A stretch of 64,000 bases of DNA from Lama guanicoe. Taxonomy: Eukaryota. The stretch spans positions 4,048,399 to 4,112,398 of the forward strand of contig MU053934.1 of NCBI GenBank assembly GCA_013239625.1. Direction: 5' to 3'. Under the pieces are notes generated by a model. That model was not told the origin of the DNA. It saw nothing but the letters and a program-made list of their open reading frames with translations, and did no database searches. The translations under genes were made by a program, and so were the position numbers. How positions within the stretch are numbered: the first letter of the stretch is position 1; every line of letters begins with the position of its first letter. Of the stretch, positions 1-13,460 are shown piece after piece.

Positions 1-23
1 CTCTCTCTCTCTCTCTCTCTCTC
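1..23. repeat. (CT)n/(GA)n microsatellite in DDX17 intron 11, truncated by the window edge
   Basis: ctctctctct... read directly. Confidence 0.95.
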
Positions 24-461
24 AAGCACAGACTTGTAGAGGGGTGAAAAATTACTGAAGAAACTAGCTTCTAATAGCTAGGTTCAATCAGGCTCATTCT
101 ATCCACCCAGAAAATAGAATAAAACCAGGAAGAAGTTGAGCTGTTCAACTGAATGTCTCCTCTCCCTCTTACTGTTTAAAACAGTCATGCCTAGGCCTTG
201 CTGCAGACCAAAGCCTGTTTTGTAGGAGCAGAAAGAGACTTTGAGAACAAAAGGAAAAAACAAAAAAACAAACAAAAAAACCCACCAAGGTAAAAAAAAA
301 CTGTGGGGGGGGCGCGCCAGAAATCACACGCTTTGTATGTATGCTTCTCTTTTAAGTATTTATCTAAACACATGTATGTGCAACTCTAGTATGAAATGAC
401 AAACACATCTTTAAACCAAAAGATACATATACCATTGACAGAGACACCTATCTATACAAAC

Positions 462-521
462 CTAGCCCACGGGAGGCTACATCTGTGGCAATGAGAATGG
501 GAGCCTTTCCAGAACGGAACT
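462..521 (-). CDS. DDX17: DDX17 exon 11 (EFRSGKAPILIATDVASRGL, helicase motif V); gene continues beyond the left edge
   Basis: Manual translation; AG acceptor 523-522, GT donor 461-460; 60 nt, phase-compatible with exon 10. Confidence 0.96.
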
Positions 522-954
522 CTGCAAAACAAGGATACCATGAAAGCCAAGTTATAATTAAGGCTAAACGATATGTATTTTTAAAAAAGACCAAATAAAT
601 ATTTCCAGCTATCTGGCCTTTTTACCCTACCATGCTAAACTTTCAAGTAATGGTGTCAGAACATGGCAAGCTCTTTTAAATTTACAGGTAATAGTAATTC
701 TTTTCAAAATATTTATTATATTCACCTTTAACAGAGAAGCAACAGATTTTTTAAAAAGTTACCTCTAATAATGAAGTGCCATTAAAATAGTGTGGCAACA
801 TGTAACAAAATTAATATGATCCAGAATTTTTCTTCCCTTAAATTATGTCAAAAATCACCTCCCAAATGAAACAAAATCAAAAGTGGGGGTGGAGGGTGAA
901 GAAAGGGAGTACATGAAAAGACGTGAAATGAAAGGAGACACCATAACTTTGCCC

Positions 955-1175
955 TGTGAAATAATAGAGTTTATGTATTGTCTCTGCCCTCAGTTCCTGG
1001 CACAGAGCCCCTAAAACCCTTTAAAATGGGGATGCTAGGAGATAGGAAGCTTGGAACTTTGAGCCTCACTCCCAGTCCTTGGAGGACAGTAGAGGAGGTG
1101 GAGACTGAGTTAAAGTGATGAAGTCTCCATTAAAATCCCACAAGTACAGGGTTTGGGGAGCTTCCAGGCTGGTGT
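955..1175 (+). mobile_element. MER21-like LTR fragment in DDX17 intron 10
   Basis: ttcctggcacagagcccctaaaaccct...ggaactttgagcc...gagcttccaggctggtg resembles recalled MER21 consensus. Confidence 0.65.
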
Positions 1176-1317
1176 ATGTACCTATAAAGAGAAGAACTAA
1201 AAAAAAAAAAAAAAAAAAGGTGGCCTAAGTAATGAAAAAGCGGTATAAAGAGCCATTACTGACCTTAAAGGATGGTGGAAATGCCAAAAATGTCCCTAAT
1301 ATTCAATTAAGTACAGC

Positions 1318-1537
1318 AAAGCTAGGCAAACCCTGGTCTACGAGTCAAATCTGGCAAAATGCCTATTTCTGCAAATGAATTTTCATTGGAACACAGCCAG
1401 GCTGTTTCTTTACATGTCTATGGCCATTTCTGTGCTAAAACAGAAGAGCTGAATAGTTGTGACACAAACCATTACACAGTTGATAAAGCTGAAAACATTT
1501 ACTACTTGGCTCTTTACAGAAACTCTGCCAATTCCTG
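1318..1537. mobile_element. MER58-like hAT-Charlie MITE
   Basis: ggcaaac...ttggaacacagcca...gagctgaatagttgtgaca...ctttacagaaa...tgccaattcctg. Confidence 0.7.
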
Positions 1538-1573
1538 AAACAGAGCAAGGACAATGCTTAGTTTTGAACTCAC

Positions 1574-1635
1574 CATTAAGTACCCAATCTCTTTCTGGTT
1601 GACTCTTGTCTCCATGGATACACATAGCTGGCCAA
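1574..1635 (-). CDS. DDX17: DDX17 exon 10 ([20 protein letters not shown])
   Basis: Peptide lies in ORF 1410..1655; AG and GTGAG boundaries; 62 nt. Confidence 0.97.
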
Positions 1636-1769
1636 CTGTCAGAAGAAAAGAGCAAAATGCATGTTATGCATTACTGAAATATTATATACTACATTCACAA
1701 TACCAATTTAGAAATTCCAACTAAACTATAAAACCTGAGGCAAATTAATTACCTCAGTGCTGCACTCAC

Positions 1770-1880
1770 CCATCTCTGCGCATCCTTCGAGTGAGGTCAT
1801 CACAGCGTCTCTTCGTCTCTACAAATATTATTGTCTTATTTTCCTTTTCGGCCATTATTTCCTCCATGAGTTGGATCAAC
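1770..1880 (-). CDS. DDX17: DDX17 exon 9 (LIQLMEEIMAEKENKTIIFVETKRRCDDLTRRMRRDG, motif IV)
   Basis: Manual translation; AG and GTGAG boundaries; 111 nt. Confidence 0.97.
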
Positions 1881-2160
1881 CTGAAAATAAGAACAATAGT
1901 CATCCAGATAAGACTCCCAGCACACACATTACGTGGAAGCTATGTCTGCAGTATCAACCCTCCAAAGCTTTAGTACTTTAGTTTCATATTACTTTCTATA
2001 CAGCTGGTTATTATTAAAGCTGGGATTCAAATCCAAGGATCCAGAATCCCTGCTTTTAACCACAATGCTCTGAAAAATAATAAAGAATGCACTCTTGGGA
2101 AGCTAGCAATGCCTTTAATGTTCTCAAGCCTAAAAATACATGGGCTTCTATAACACTTTA

Positions 2161-2394
<234 letters not shown>

Positions 2395-2435
2395 CTATCA
2401 GGAAAGGAAAGGCTTTCTTTTAGGCTAAGGAACTA

Positions 2436-2678
<243 letters not shown>

Positions 2679-3008
2679 TTATACACTGTTTATGTCTCAG
2701 CAAACTAAGAAGCACCAACTCTGGTGGTTGTACTTGGTGCTGCAGAGCATTAGCTAAATGTTAACACATTAACACAGTACCAGAAAACCATAATGTTAAG
2801 AAGAATTTATGCATAATCATCAGAACTTCACAAAGTTTAAGTCTCTAGCCATGCAGAACTTTCCTAAAATAGCATTTTAACCATACCTGGGAATTTGTAA
2901 ACTGATGAAACATTGATTTCCCCTCCACCAGAACCCATTGTTTTCCTCTTCAATTTCATTTATAGAAATTAGTAAAAGAAGAGAAACTAGTAATTCTTGT
3001 ACTTTTTA

Positions 3009-3161
<153 letters not shown>

Positions 3162-3878
3162 CTAAAACAAACAAACAAACCACTTGAGATACCTACCCCA
3201 AGTTTAAGGGGAAAAAGTATAGAAAGATTACAAAATTCTCTATTGTCTAATTTGGTACTTTCATAGTATATGACAGAGTGGTAAGTTGGAAAGGCATGGA
3301 GTATAAGACAGTGCTGTGGAGTGGGGCAAAAAAAAATTTCAAGGACTATTTATTTGGCATGTGGTATGATGCCTGACTTTTGATACATGATTCATTAGTT
3401 ACGTAAGTAGATTTATAGGTTGTGTTATCTAGTTTTAACCAAACAACTCTCACAAAATGAACAAGTAGCTATAAAACATTCCTACAACAAAGCCACAGAT
3501 TAAATATTAGAAACAGATGAATGAGAAAACAGCAGCGCTAGCACTTTCCTGACATATAGTTTAAGTTCATGGCCAGGCACATTAGGCAAAAACAACTACT
3601 TATACACAATCTGACTAGATGACCAAAACAATGCAAAATTAAGACATTTTGAAATAGGTATCATATACATTGTTCACAATGATCTTTGCTTTGTGTTCTG
3701 ATCCATTATACATTAGCTAATGATAATATAGCTAACTCTTATTAGCCATATGGAACATGTATTATGTAATTAAAAGCAATGCATTATTCCTTGCTGTGAA
3801 TACTTTGAGACATACTGTAATAATGTACATATTTATAAATATATATAGCAAGTGCAAGCTCTATTTAAAAAAGTTAAA

Positions 3879-3985
3879 GGGGAGAGGGAATAGCTTAGTG
3901 GCTGAGTGAATGCTTAGCACGCACAAGGTCCTGGGTTTACTCTCCAGTACCTCCATTAAAATAACAACAAAAATAAATTAAAAAA
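3879..3985 (+). mobile_element. tRNA-Ala-derived camelid SINE (Vic-1-like)
   Basis: Degenerate A box (tagcttagtgg) and B box (gggtttactc), A-rich tail; homologous to five other copies in the window. Confidence 0.8.
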
Positions 3986-4289
3986 AGTTTTTAAAGTTAA
4001 GAATGTACATTCAAAATATTTGAAGAACACTACTCAAATCTTGTAGGAAACAGCTTAAATAAAAATGCTCAAACCAGAAGATCGAGCTACTCTATATAAA
4101 CATTTATAAAAGCATTACTTAACCACAAAGAATACACATCCCAAACCTGACTTAGTTCCACAGGGCAGGGATCTCATTTCATACTTTTGTATCCCTCATA
4201 GGACCAATGAGTAGTTAAGAATTGCACTTGAATTTAATGCACAGTAAATGCTTATATATGAAGGTAATACTCATACTGGTTAAGAATAA

Positions 4290-4592
<303 letters not shown>

Positions 4593-4863
4593 CTAGGGGA
4601 GGGGGAAAGAATGACAGTCATATCAAAACTAAGCCATTATATTCATTGTTCTAAATTATCACAGTACTTGATAATACCTAATAGGAAAGGGAAAGCAGAA
4701 GTCACAACTGTTACACATATGTGCAATATAAATTTGAACATAAAGTGTTTCCATATGTTTCAGATAGCTAAAAAAGCTTAAGGATTATCTATACCAACTG
4801 AATTAGAATTTTAAGAACTGAGACTACACAGAATATTTACAACAGCAAAATAATACCACATTA

Positions 4864-5082
<219 letters not shown>

Positions 5083-5589
5083 TTAAAAAAAACTGTTAAG
5101 CTCACTCAAGGCAAGATTTACCTAGCTTTACATCTATCCAAGAGGAGTACTGTTTTTTTTTTTCCTTCTTCAGTTACTGAATCTTTGACCTGCTGACTTC
5201 TTCTAAGAGGGCTACTGCCATGGCCATCTACCCTTATCCTCAGAAACTTGAAAACCACTGCCCTAAAGTATCTAACAACAGGGCATAGGTACGTGGTAGT
5301 GACTTATTATTAATCTGGTTCAAATTATATCCAACTAGAAAGCAATTTCATTTTGCCGTTTTCTAAAAGGTAGAGGCAAAACCCCAAGGAAAGATGAAAA
5401 ACTGCAAAAAATCCCAAAAATCCTAAATCAGAGAACGTGTGAGCATTAAAAAAAAAAATTACTTTTGTGAGGTTTCTACCTGTCTTTTCAATAAAATTCT
5501 GAGCCTGGTCAAACCTTTAAATAACCTATGACCACAATGACCATTCAAGCTAAACTAACAATTAAGACCCTGGATTGAAAAACACTTAC

Positions 5590-5689
5590 GTGGGAAATTA
5601 GCATGATGGAAGGCAAACACAGGCTTAGGACAAACATCTCCCCCTCTCACTGTAATCTCTTTCTTTCGACGTAGTTCATCAACCTCATA
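5590..5689 (-). CDS. DDX17: DDX17 exon 3 (YEVDELRRKKEITVRGGDVCPKPVFAFHHANFP)
   Basis: Manual translation; TAG and GTAAG boundaries; 100 nt. Confidence 0.97.
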
Positions 5690-6320
5690 CTAAGTAAGAA
5701 AACAAAGTAAAGCAAATCAGTAAACAAGTTATTATAAACATGCAAAACTTTATGCTCCAATACAGCAGAACAATTATCATGGAATTAACATGTCTAACAC
5801 TTAAGAATAGTGCTTTCGTTCAACTTCATCCAACTTTGTGAGTCAACGAAGCAGGTTAATAACAGTTCCATTTTCCACATGAGAAAACAGTTATTCAGAA
5901 AGATTAGTAAATTGCTCAATGGGAAAAGTAGAAAGAGGGAGAAAACATGGAACTTGGGACCAAGTGCTCTTTCCATTACACTTTCTTCTGAACAAGTTAC
6001 CTACCATGTCACGGGGAGAGCTCAAAACAATCATGAGGCTAAAAATACAAACAGGAGTACATGATGCCAGTATTTTAAGTTTACTGAGTTTAACTTCACA
6101 GATGAAAAGACATGGCATCTCATATACACAGTTAAAATCACATAACAAATTGGCTGGGAAATATAACTGAGAACCAAGTAATATATTAGGTACATATTAA
6201 AACTGGTTTCTCTTATTAGTATTGCTATACATGAGTAAACTCTGGCTAATATATCTACTTGGTTCATTACTGCATATGAAAAAAGGTAAACAAATAAATA
6301 AATAAACCCCCCAAACTTAC

Positions 6321-6471
6321 TGGAGTCAGCCTTGCCACTTCTGGATGTTCAACATAAAAATTCTTCTCAAATTTGGGGAGCTCACTCAAATCCCACTTCT
6401 TTTTACGTAAACGCTCCCCAGGATTACCAAATTTCTTCGGGGGAAGGCCACCACCACCTCTTGCTCCAAAT
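6321..6471 (-). CDS. DDX17: DDX17 exon 2 (FGARGGGGLPPKKFGNPGERLRKKKWDLSELPKFEKNFYVEHPEVARLTP)
   Basis: Manual translation; TAG and GTAAG boundaries; 151 nt. Confidence 0.97.
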
Positions 6472-6739
6472 CTAGAAAAAAATCCAAAATTTTCAGTTTA
6501 TTAGTATTTTTAAAGCAAAATACCTTAGATGCCACAAAAACATGCAAAAAAGATGACTCTTTGGATACTACCAACCCCTCCTCCAGAAAACATTTTATTA
6601 CTTTCATTTGAAGGTATGAGGGAAAGAAGTTCATACAACTTCCTTTACTATCCAACAATACTATTACGGGTATGGTAATAAATGGTGAAAAATTCGAAAT
6701 TCTTTTATCTGGAGAAGTATAACATGGAGATTACAACCA

Positions 6740-6935
6740 GATTCTGGAACCAGAAAAGGTCCAAATTTTGATTCTGCAACTTAGTTACGATTTTGAGCAA
6801 TTATTTAACTTCTCTGTACCTCAGTTTGTGTAAAGAAGAAATAATACCACCTATTTCAGAGGCTGCTGTGAAGATAAAAAATGAGTACATGTAGTGCTTA
6901 AAACAGTATCTGGGCATAGTAAACACAGTAAGTTA
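6740..6935. mobile_element. MIR SINE
   Basis: ttgagcaattatttaacttctctgtacctcagttt...gaagataaa core. Confidence 0.65.
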
Positions 6936-9854
6936 GCATAATTGTATTCATTCAATGACTAGTTACTGGGTACCAACTATGTACCAGGTACTATTTTAAG
7001 TGGTGCTAAAGATACTGAAATGAATATAAGTCTCTACTCTTATATAATATTCTGACATGTAGGTGAGGACATTAGTTTAAGCTTGTATTAGGGCAAAATT
7101 GTGGACAGGTACAAAAAAATGTTTAAGCAAGTTGTCCCATACTTGGAACAGCTTCTTGAACCCCTTACCCCATTATACCATGATGAGCACTCCTTTTGCC
7201 TGCTATCTGCTAAAGAAAGCTACTAGGACCCCTAAAAGATTCAAAGCTTAAAATGTCCCTGATGCTGGTGCATTCCAAGACTACCCAGACCTTAAAATAA
7301 TGACCTAGAATAAAACACAACTTTTGAAATTAAGATTCCTTTTAAGTCTTATTCATGACAGTCCTTATTTAAAAAAAAAAGTCTTTCCTCTCTCTAACCC
7401 CCCAACTATTTATCTTAAGGGATACCATCCTAAAGATATACTGTCATTTGAAACATGGGGTTTTTAATATGCTTTCTACTGCCTTTATAATTAATGCTGA
7501 CTTAAATATACAAGAGAGCTTTCACTCTTTAGAATTTGAGTACATTTGTGCCATCAGTTAAAAAGCACACTGCCTAATCCCTTGCATACTATGCCGTTCA
7601 TTGTTTTTATTGAGTATTTAACTCGGCTTTGCAATAAACGCCATCTCTGAAAAATTATACATTCACATACAAAATCATGCTAGTTTAAATGTACAATGCA
7701 CATCATTTCTGGGCTATACATGTACATTTGCTGACCCCACTCATTCTCTTTTCAAAACAATAATCCATTTCAGCTCTGTACCATTCAGTTAAGAATAAAA
7801 CAATAGCAATTCAAATAACAAAAGAATTTTCATAGCAAAGATATAGTTAGGGCACAGAACTTATGAAAGAGGTTGATTTTATTTGAAATGAATTATTTGA
7901 AAGTCTTTTTTAAATTGATAAGGTATGTAATTGTCTTAAGAGTCAACATGGGGTAAAGGAAGTATAGATCAGTACTTCACCTTTTCCTCTTTTCAAATAA
8001 TGAGTTTTTATTATTAAAGCATATATACGGTGAAATATTAAACACCCACAGTAAAGAAACAGAACCTAATTGGTACCTTGCTAGCCTTCATTTGCCTATT
8101 TCAAATTTACAACCCCGATCATAGTAACTAGTACCTCGATTTTTAACCATTCCCTTGTCTTGTCATATATTGTAAGTATCCTCAAGTTACCCTTTCAGCA
8201 CAACTTTACTTAATATTATGCTTATGAATCAATCCCATTAGTGCAAGTTTTTCCTTTTCACTGTATTTTATTGTACAAATACCCAATTTATCCAGACATT
8301 TGAGCTGTTTCTAATATTCTGTTATGAACAGTAACATTACAAATATGAATTCAAGGGTATGTGTACAAAGGCTTCTCTAGGCCTAAGAGTCTAGGGCATA
8401 AAGCTTTAAGAGATGAGCCCTGGGTCATTTTCATTTTACTAGGTAACATTAAATTCTTCTTCCTAAGTGGTTGTACTGAAATTCACTTCTAAATTTAGCT
8501 ATACTGTTAAACACCAAACAAACATTCCACTTACAGCTCTCCGAATTTAATGCTAATATCAAGTATTTCCCTTCCTAACAATAACAAGGTATAAATCAAA
8601 ACAATCCTTTTTATTTAGTAAATTAAGTGATAACTGAGGTGCTTATGACCAGTAGGTCTGGTACTTGTGTATCTGAACCACTAAAGACAAAAATGTTTGT
8701 AGAAAATAGCATTAACAGAATGCCTACTACAGATAGACAATTACACACCGTATCTCAATTCTCAAGAACAATGCAAAGTAAAGGCAATTACTATCCCATC
8801 TTCAAATGGGAAAATGGGCTCAAAAAGGTTCAGGATCTTGCCTAAGATCACACACATATATACATTAAGAAGTGGTGTCACATTATTTTTTAAACAGAGA
8901 TAAAGCTTTTGTTACAAAAAAAGTAACAGCACAAATCCACATAGATCTCTTAAGCAACTTTTTCGTTTAACAGGGACATTAAGATTTGAATCTCAGTATC
9001 TGGGAGAAATTCAGCTGTAATTCTGTTAACTTTCAACCCAGTAACCGTAGTATTACTAAAACAGAAACTTTCAAGCTAGGCTGAGAAGTTAATTAATGCT
9101 TCCGTGCAATTAGAGGGGGTAAAAAAAAAAAAAAGACCTTAACATTAAATGACCAAACAAAACAGTTCTCCCTCCCCAAACACGACCATTTAGATGGCAA
9201 TTAAAATCACTGCTTTGTATTCCAATGTGTTTCCTCCCAATTATTTTAAACACGACTAAAGGTAACCTTAAAATATTTTTAAAACTACAAGTCAGCCTCT
9301 TAGTCTCTGGTTTCAAACCAGGTTTCCAGTTCCATTAACAGGGAAGCCATTTCGCGTTAAGATTTTCCTAGGCTGAACTCCGACACCTCATCCTCTTCTC
9401 TCAGCAAGAACATCCGAGTTTCACAGATGAACGCTGAGGCCTGAAGAGATCAAATGACTTGCCCAAATCCGCCCGGCTCGAAAGCAAGGAAGGCCCAGGG
9501 GTGAAGCCCGGGCCCGGTCTGCGGCGGCCAGGCCGCTCCTCCTGCTCCCTGCAGGGCTGAGGCCGGGCCGCGCCACGCCGGCCGTCCGCGAGGAGGGGCT
9601 GGGGCGTCACCAAGCCCCCGCCCCCCACCCCGCGCCAGGTCACCAGTGACCCGGGGTCTAGGCCCACCCCGAGGCCCACGAACTAAACCGCTATTATGTC
9701 TCAGGACGCCTGGCCTCCCGGAGTCGGGAGCGTCGCTCCCAAGCCTGCAGTCTGTTCAGAAGTCTTCCACTCAACCGCACGATGCGGTCTCCTGAGGAAG
9801 CAGCCCCCCGCCCTCCAGGCACACAAGGCCTTTCCTCTCCTCCTCCCCCCTTAC

Positions 9855-9904
9855 CCTCCACGGTCACGATCCCGGTCCCGATCCCCAAAGCCGCCTCCGC
9901 GCAT
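9855..9904 (-). CDS. DDX17: DDX17 exon 1, AUG-initiated p72 part (MRGGGFGDRDRDRDRGG)
   Basis: ATG 9904-9902 in ACCATG context; GTAAG donor from 9854; end of ORF 9851..10105. Confidence 0.97.
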
Positions 9905-10141
9905 GGTCCCAAATGGATAGAGATCTGGGAGCGGGGCACGGATGGCCGGGCTCGGGAGGGCCTGCGGCTCCGGTCTGGTGACGACCGATGGCGGCGGCGC
10001 CTCCGCTGTTGGGGCGGCGGCAGGCGCGGCGCTCTCTCGCTCCGACGCGCTGTCTCCCGTCGCAGACGCCACCGTCGCCGCCTCTCTCGTCGGAGACGGG
10101 AGCAAAACACAGAGAATCGGGGTTATAAAAGCAGTGGGTAG
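9905..10141 (-). CDS. DDX17: DDX17 p82 non-AUG N-terminal extension (LPTAFITPILCVLLPSPTREAATVASATGDS...LYPFGT); exact start codon uncertain
   Basis: In frame with the p72 ATG and open back to TAG at 10150-10148; peptide nearly identical to the human p82 extension as I recall it. Confidence 0.8.
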
Positions 10142-10207
10142 GTTTGGCTACGCTCAAACCCGGCAGTGCCGCGGTTTAGGCGTCTCCTTCCTTCCCAGCG
10201 ACTGCAC

Positions 10208-10218
10208 AAAATGGCGGC
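10208..10218 (+). promoter_or_regulatory. YY1 consensus site AAAATGGCGGC near the presumed DDX17 TSS
   Basis: Exact match to AANATGGCGGC; reads GCCGCCATTTT in the DDX17 leader. Confidence 0.7.
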
Positions 10219-11469
10219 CGGCGCTGAGACTGCTCCAGCTTAACGCTACGTACGTCGGAGACGATACGTAAACAGCGTCTCGGAATAGCCCGAGGGCTTC
10301 GCGGAGTACTACGAGTATTCTTGAAAGCATTTTACGTCAGTTGCGGAGATGGCCGCACTTTACGGTCTGTAGAAGAAAAACAAAGTACGGATTGGGCGTA
10401 GAGTTCTCGCGCCACCTGAACCCGAACGTGCGGTGGGGTGGGGAGAGGGAGAGCCTCCGGAGCGACGTAACATTCTTTGCGTCGTTAACCGGCTCACTAT
10501 TGCGAAGATGCGCAGTGTGCGTAACGCATTCTGTTTGGAGAATAGAGGATTTTTGCCGGGTTCCGACACGAGACGGAACTTGGGCCTGCTTGTGCAGTTT
10601 GCTTTGCAGATACAATAACTGCCCTCCATATTGCAGCCGTCAAGTTTCAGGGTCTCCAGGTTCTAAAAGCATAGGAAGTTCTTCAGGGTCTCTGGCTGGC
10701 GCTCCTGGATGGTCCTGCCGGCCCTCTGGCCCCACCGTCCTGGTCCTGGAGTGACCAGTCGCGCCCCCCGGCGCCATTTCCTTTCGATTGCTTCTTGCAG
10801 CGCTGTCGCCGGCGGCCATGATGGATGCTCCTGTCTGTTCTTTGGAGAGTTGGTCAGGCGGCGAGGTCCCAGCTGAGTTAGAGCACTCTGTATTACGTTT
10901 GTTACACACTGGAGTGCATTTCTGAGCAGAATACTGACACTGTCCCCGGCCGAGTACAGTTGGCTAACAAAGAACCAAAATGTGGGTGGATCCCCCCCCC
11001 CAAGGTAAACGCTGAGGTCCCCTGGGCGCCATGCAATAGCGCTGCCTCAGGAGGCTCGTGACAGACCCTTAGCGCCTTCCCGAGATAAAAAGATTTGAAA
11101 GCGGTGGTCTTCAGACACAAAAGATGAAAGCATATGTACGTGTTTTTAACCAGGCAGGGCCGCCTTTCTCAATTCTTTCTGAGCTGACTTCCTTCTCCAT
11201 ACAGGCTTCCTTCTTCCTAAACTGCACTTTGAAGTCCTACAGTCTTGGCCAGACAGCCTCACAGAATTATCACACTGCTAGAGCCTTTGTAGAGCAGCTG
11301 TGATTTCTACATATGGGCGATGAGGGGGAGATTTGAGGTCCCTCATTGTGGAGGTTGAGTGGTTTCTGCTAGTCTGTTCTATTTCCCAAAACATTAGAAA
11401 AGTGGAATAAGGAAAGGCTGTTCATGACAAGCTGTGCAGATGTTTCTTGGGCTACAAACAAGATGGACA

Positions 11470-12190
11470 ACCATGTATTCACTGGGCAAGCGTTGAAGGC
11501 CTAGTGGTCCAAGCAGTGTGCTAGGCACTGTGGCAAGCAGTGAACAAATGAATTCCTGCACCTGTAGATTTTACACTTTATTGGGGAGATAGACAATGAA
11601 TGTCTCTGTCAGACAGTTGCTAACAAAAATAAAAATTACAGGCAGAGAAAAGGGATTGTGTATGTGTGCCTGTGAGGGAGGGGAGTATGTTTGTGACATA
11701 GTGTTATACGTATAGTGTCTTGGGAAGGCCTTCCTGATCGAGTGTCGTGTCGTTTGAGCAGAGACAAAGTGAGGGAGCAAGGCTTGCTAACATAGAGGAA
11801 AGAGCAAGTACAAAGACCCTGAGGTACAATGTGGCTGGAGTAGAGCAAGGAGGAAAGAAAGGAGAGGGCCAGCTTGTGAAGGATTTGTATGCCACTTTCT
11901 CTTCTTTCAGGAAAATGGAACTCTCTAGAAGTTTCAAAGCAGAGCAGCATAATAAAAGGACCCTTATCAAACTGCAGTCTAGGGAGTAAATTGGGATTGA
12001 GGTAGGACAAGCAGGCAGATCAGTTGGGAGTCTAGTGCAGTAATACATGCAAGAAATGATGGGATTTGACACAGGTTAATAACCTCAATGGGTAAGGGAG
12101 AAATGATCTGATTGAAAATCTAGCCAGTGATATGTTGATGGGTAGGATATGAAAGAAAGAAGAGTCAAGGATGAATCTTGTAGGTAGGTG
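11470..12190 (-). mobile_element. L2 LINE 3' fragment
   Basis: gtgtgctaggcactg...gaaggccttcctga...ggaaagagcaagtacaaagaccctgagg...gcagtaatac typical of L2. Confidence 0.7.
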
Positions 12191-12764
12191 TTGGCAACAA
12201 TTAAGTTCCTATTATGATTTAGGCTGTATAAGCACTGAAGGAGTTATTTCGACTGGTTTGCCTATTTATCATATATGCTAAGTAATTAAATCTGAGGCTC
12301 TCTATATAACAATAACTAATTTATAAAGTAGGTGGATCCGCTGAAATCCTTACATTTTTCCAAGGGAAAATAATTCATATTTGCTATGGCATCAAGGCCC
12401 TGTCTTAAAGCATCTCATAGCTCCTTTGTCTTCATAAAGATTTTCACAGTACATAATTATATGTTTCCATCATTATTTGACTAATCCTACTCCAAAAAAA
12501 AGGTGAACTTTCAGTCTTCCTCTGGGAGACAAGTGTCTGATTATAAAGTGAATCCATAGTATGCATTTCTCATTCTTGATATATCTGTCATTTCCTACCA
12601 AAGATGGTTGAAGCTTATTACATTTTTTTCTAAACATAAAGATTTTCATTAAGCAGGGAGGTCAGAGAACCTTGGAATTTCATTAGTAACACCCAAGACT
12701 GTTGATAGACATGGAAATATGCTTCAGTCAATTCCTCTTTTTTGTTTTAAATCTAAGCACTTAC

Positions 12765-13460
12765 CATATCATCCAATAATTGTGCTCCTTGGTATTTACC
12801 ACAAATTTGAAACCTTACATCCACACAAAAACCTGCACACATGTTTATAGCAGCTTTATTCCTAATTGCCAAAACTTGGAAGCAACCTGGATGTCCTGCA
12901 GTAGGTGAACAGATAAATAAACTGTGGTACTTACAGGCAAAGGACTACTATTCAGTGCTAAAAAGAAAGGAGCTATCAAGCATAAAAAGATGTGGAGGAA
13001 GCTTAAATGCATATTACTAAGTGAAAGAAGCCAATCTGAAAAGGTTATATACTGTATGATTCCAACTATGTGACATTATGGAAAAGGCAAAACTATGGAG
13101 ATAATAAACAGATCAGTGGTTGCCAGGGGTTAGCAGGAAAGGAGGGATGATAGATGGAGCATAGAGGATTTTTAGGGCAGTGAAGCAACTGTACGATACC
13201 ATAATGGTGATAGATGTCACTATACATTTATCCAAACCAGTAGAATATACTACACCAAGAATGAGCCATAATGTAAAATAGAGACTTTGGGTGATAATGA
13301 TGTGTCAGTGTATGTTCATCACATGTAACAAATCCAACACCCTGGTAGGGATGTTGATACTTGAAGGGGCTATAAATGTGTGGGGGCAAGGGGTATGTGG
13401 GAAATCTCTGTACCTTCTCAATTTTGCTGTAAACCTGAATCTCTAAAAAATAAAGTCTTA
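12765..13460 (+). mobile_element. Old L1 (L1MB/L1MC-like) 3' end
   Basis: ORF2 C-terminal remnant (atgtttatagcagctttattc...ttggaagcaacc), L1M 3'UTR and aataaa. Confidence 0.85.

Larger units (their letters stand above)
9440..11110. promoter_or_regulatory. CpG island / DDX17 promoter, possibly bidirectional
   Basis: Sharp rise in CpG density and GC content around exon 1 and ~1 kb upstream. Confidence 0.9.

Noticed and set aside
9401..10754. Multiple overlapping Arg/Gly/Pro-rich ORFs in the DDX17 CpG island
   Set aside because: Stop-codon depletion in GC-rich DNA; only the frame of 9851..10105 matches DDX17
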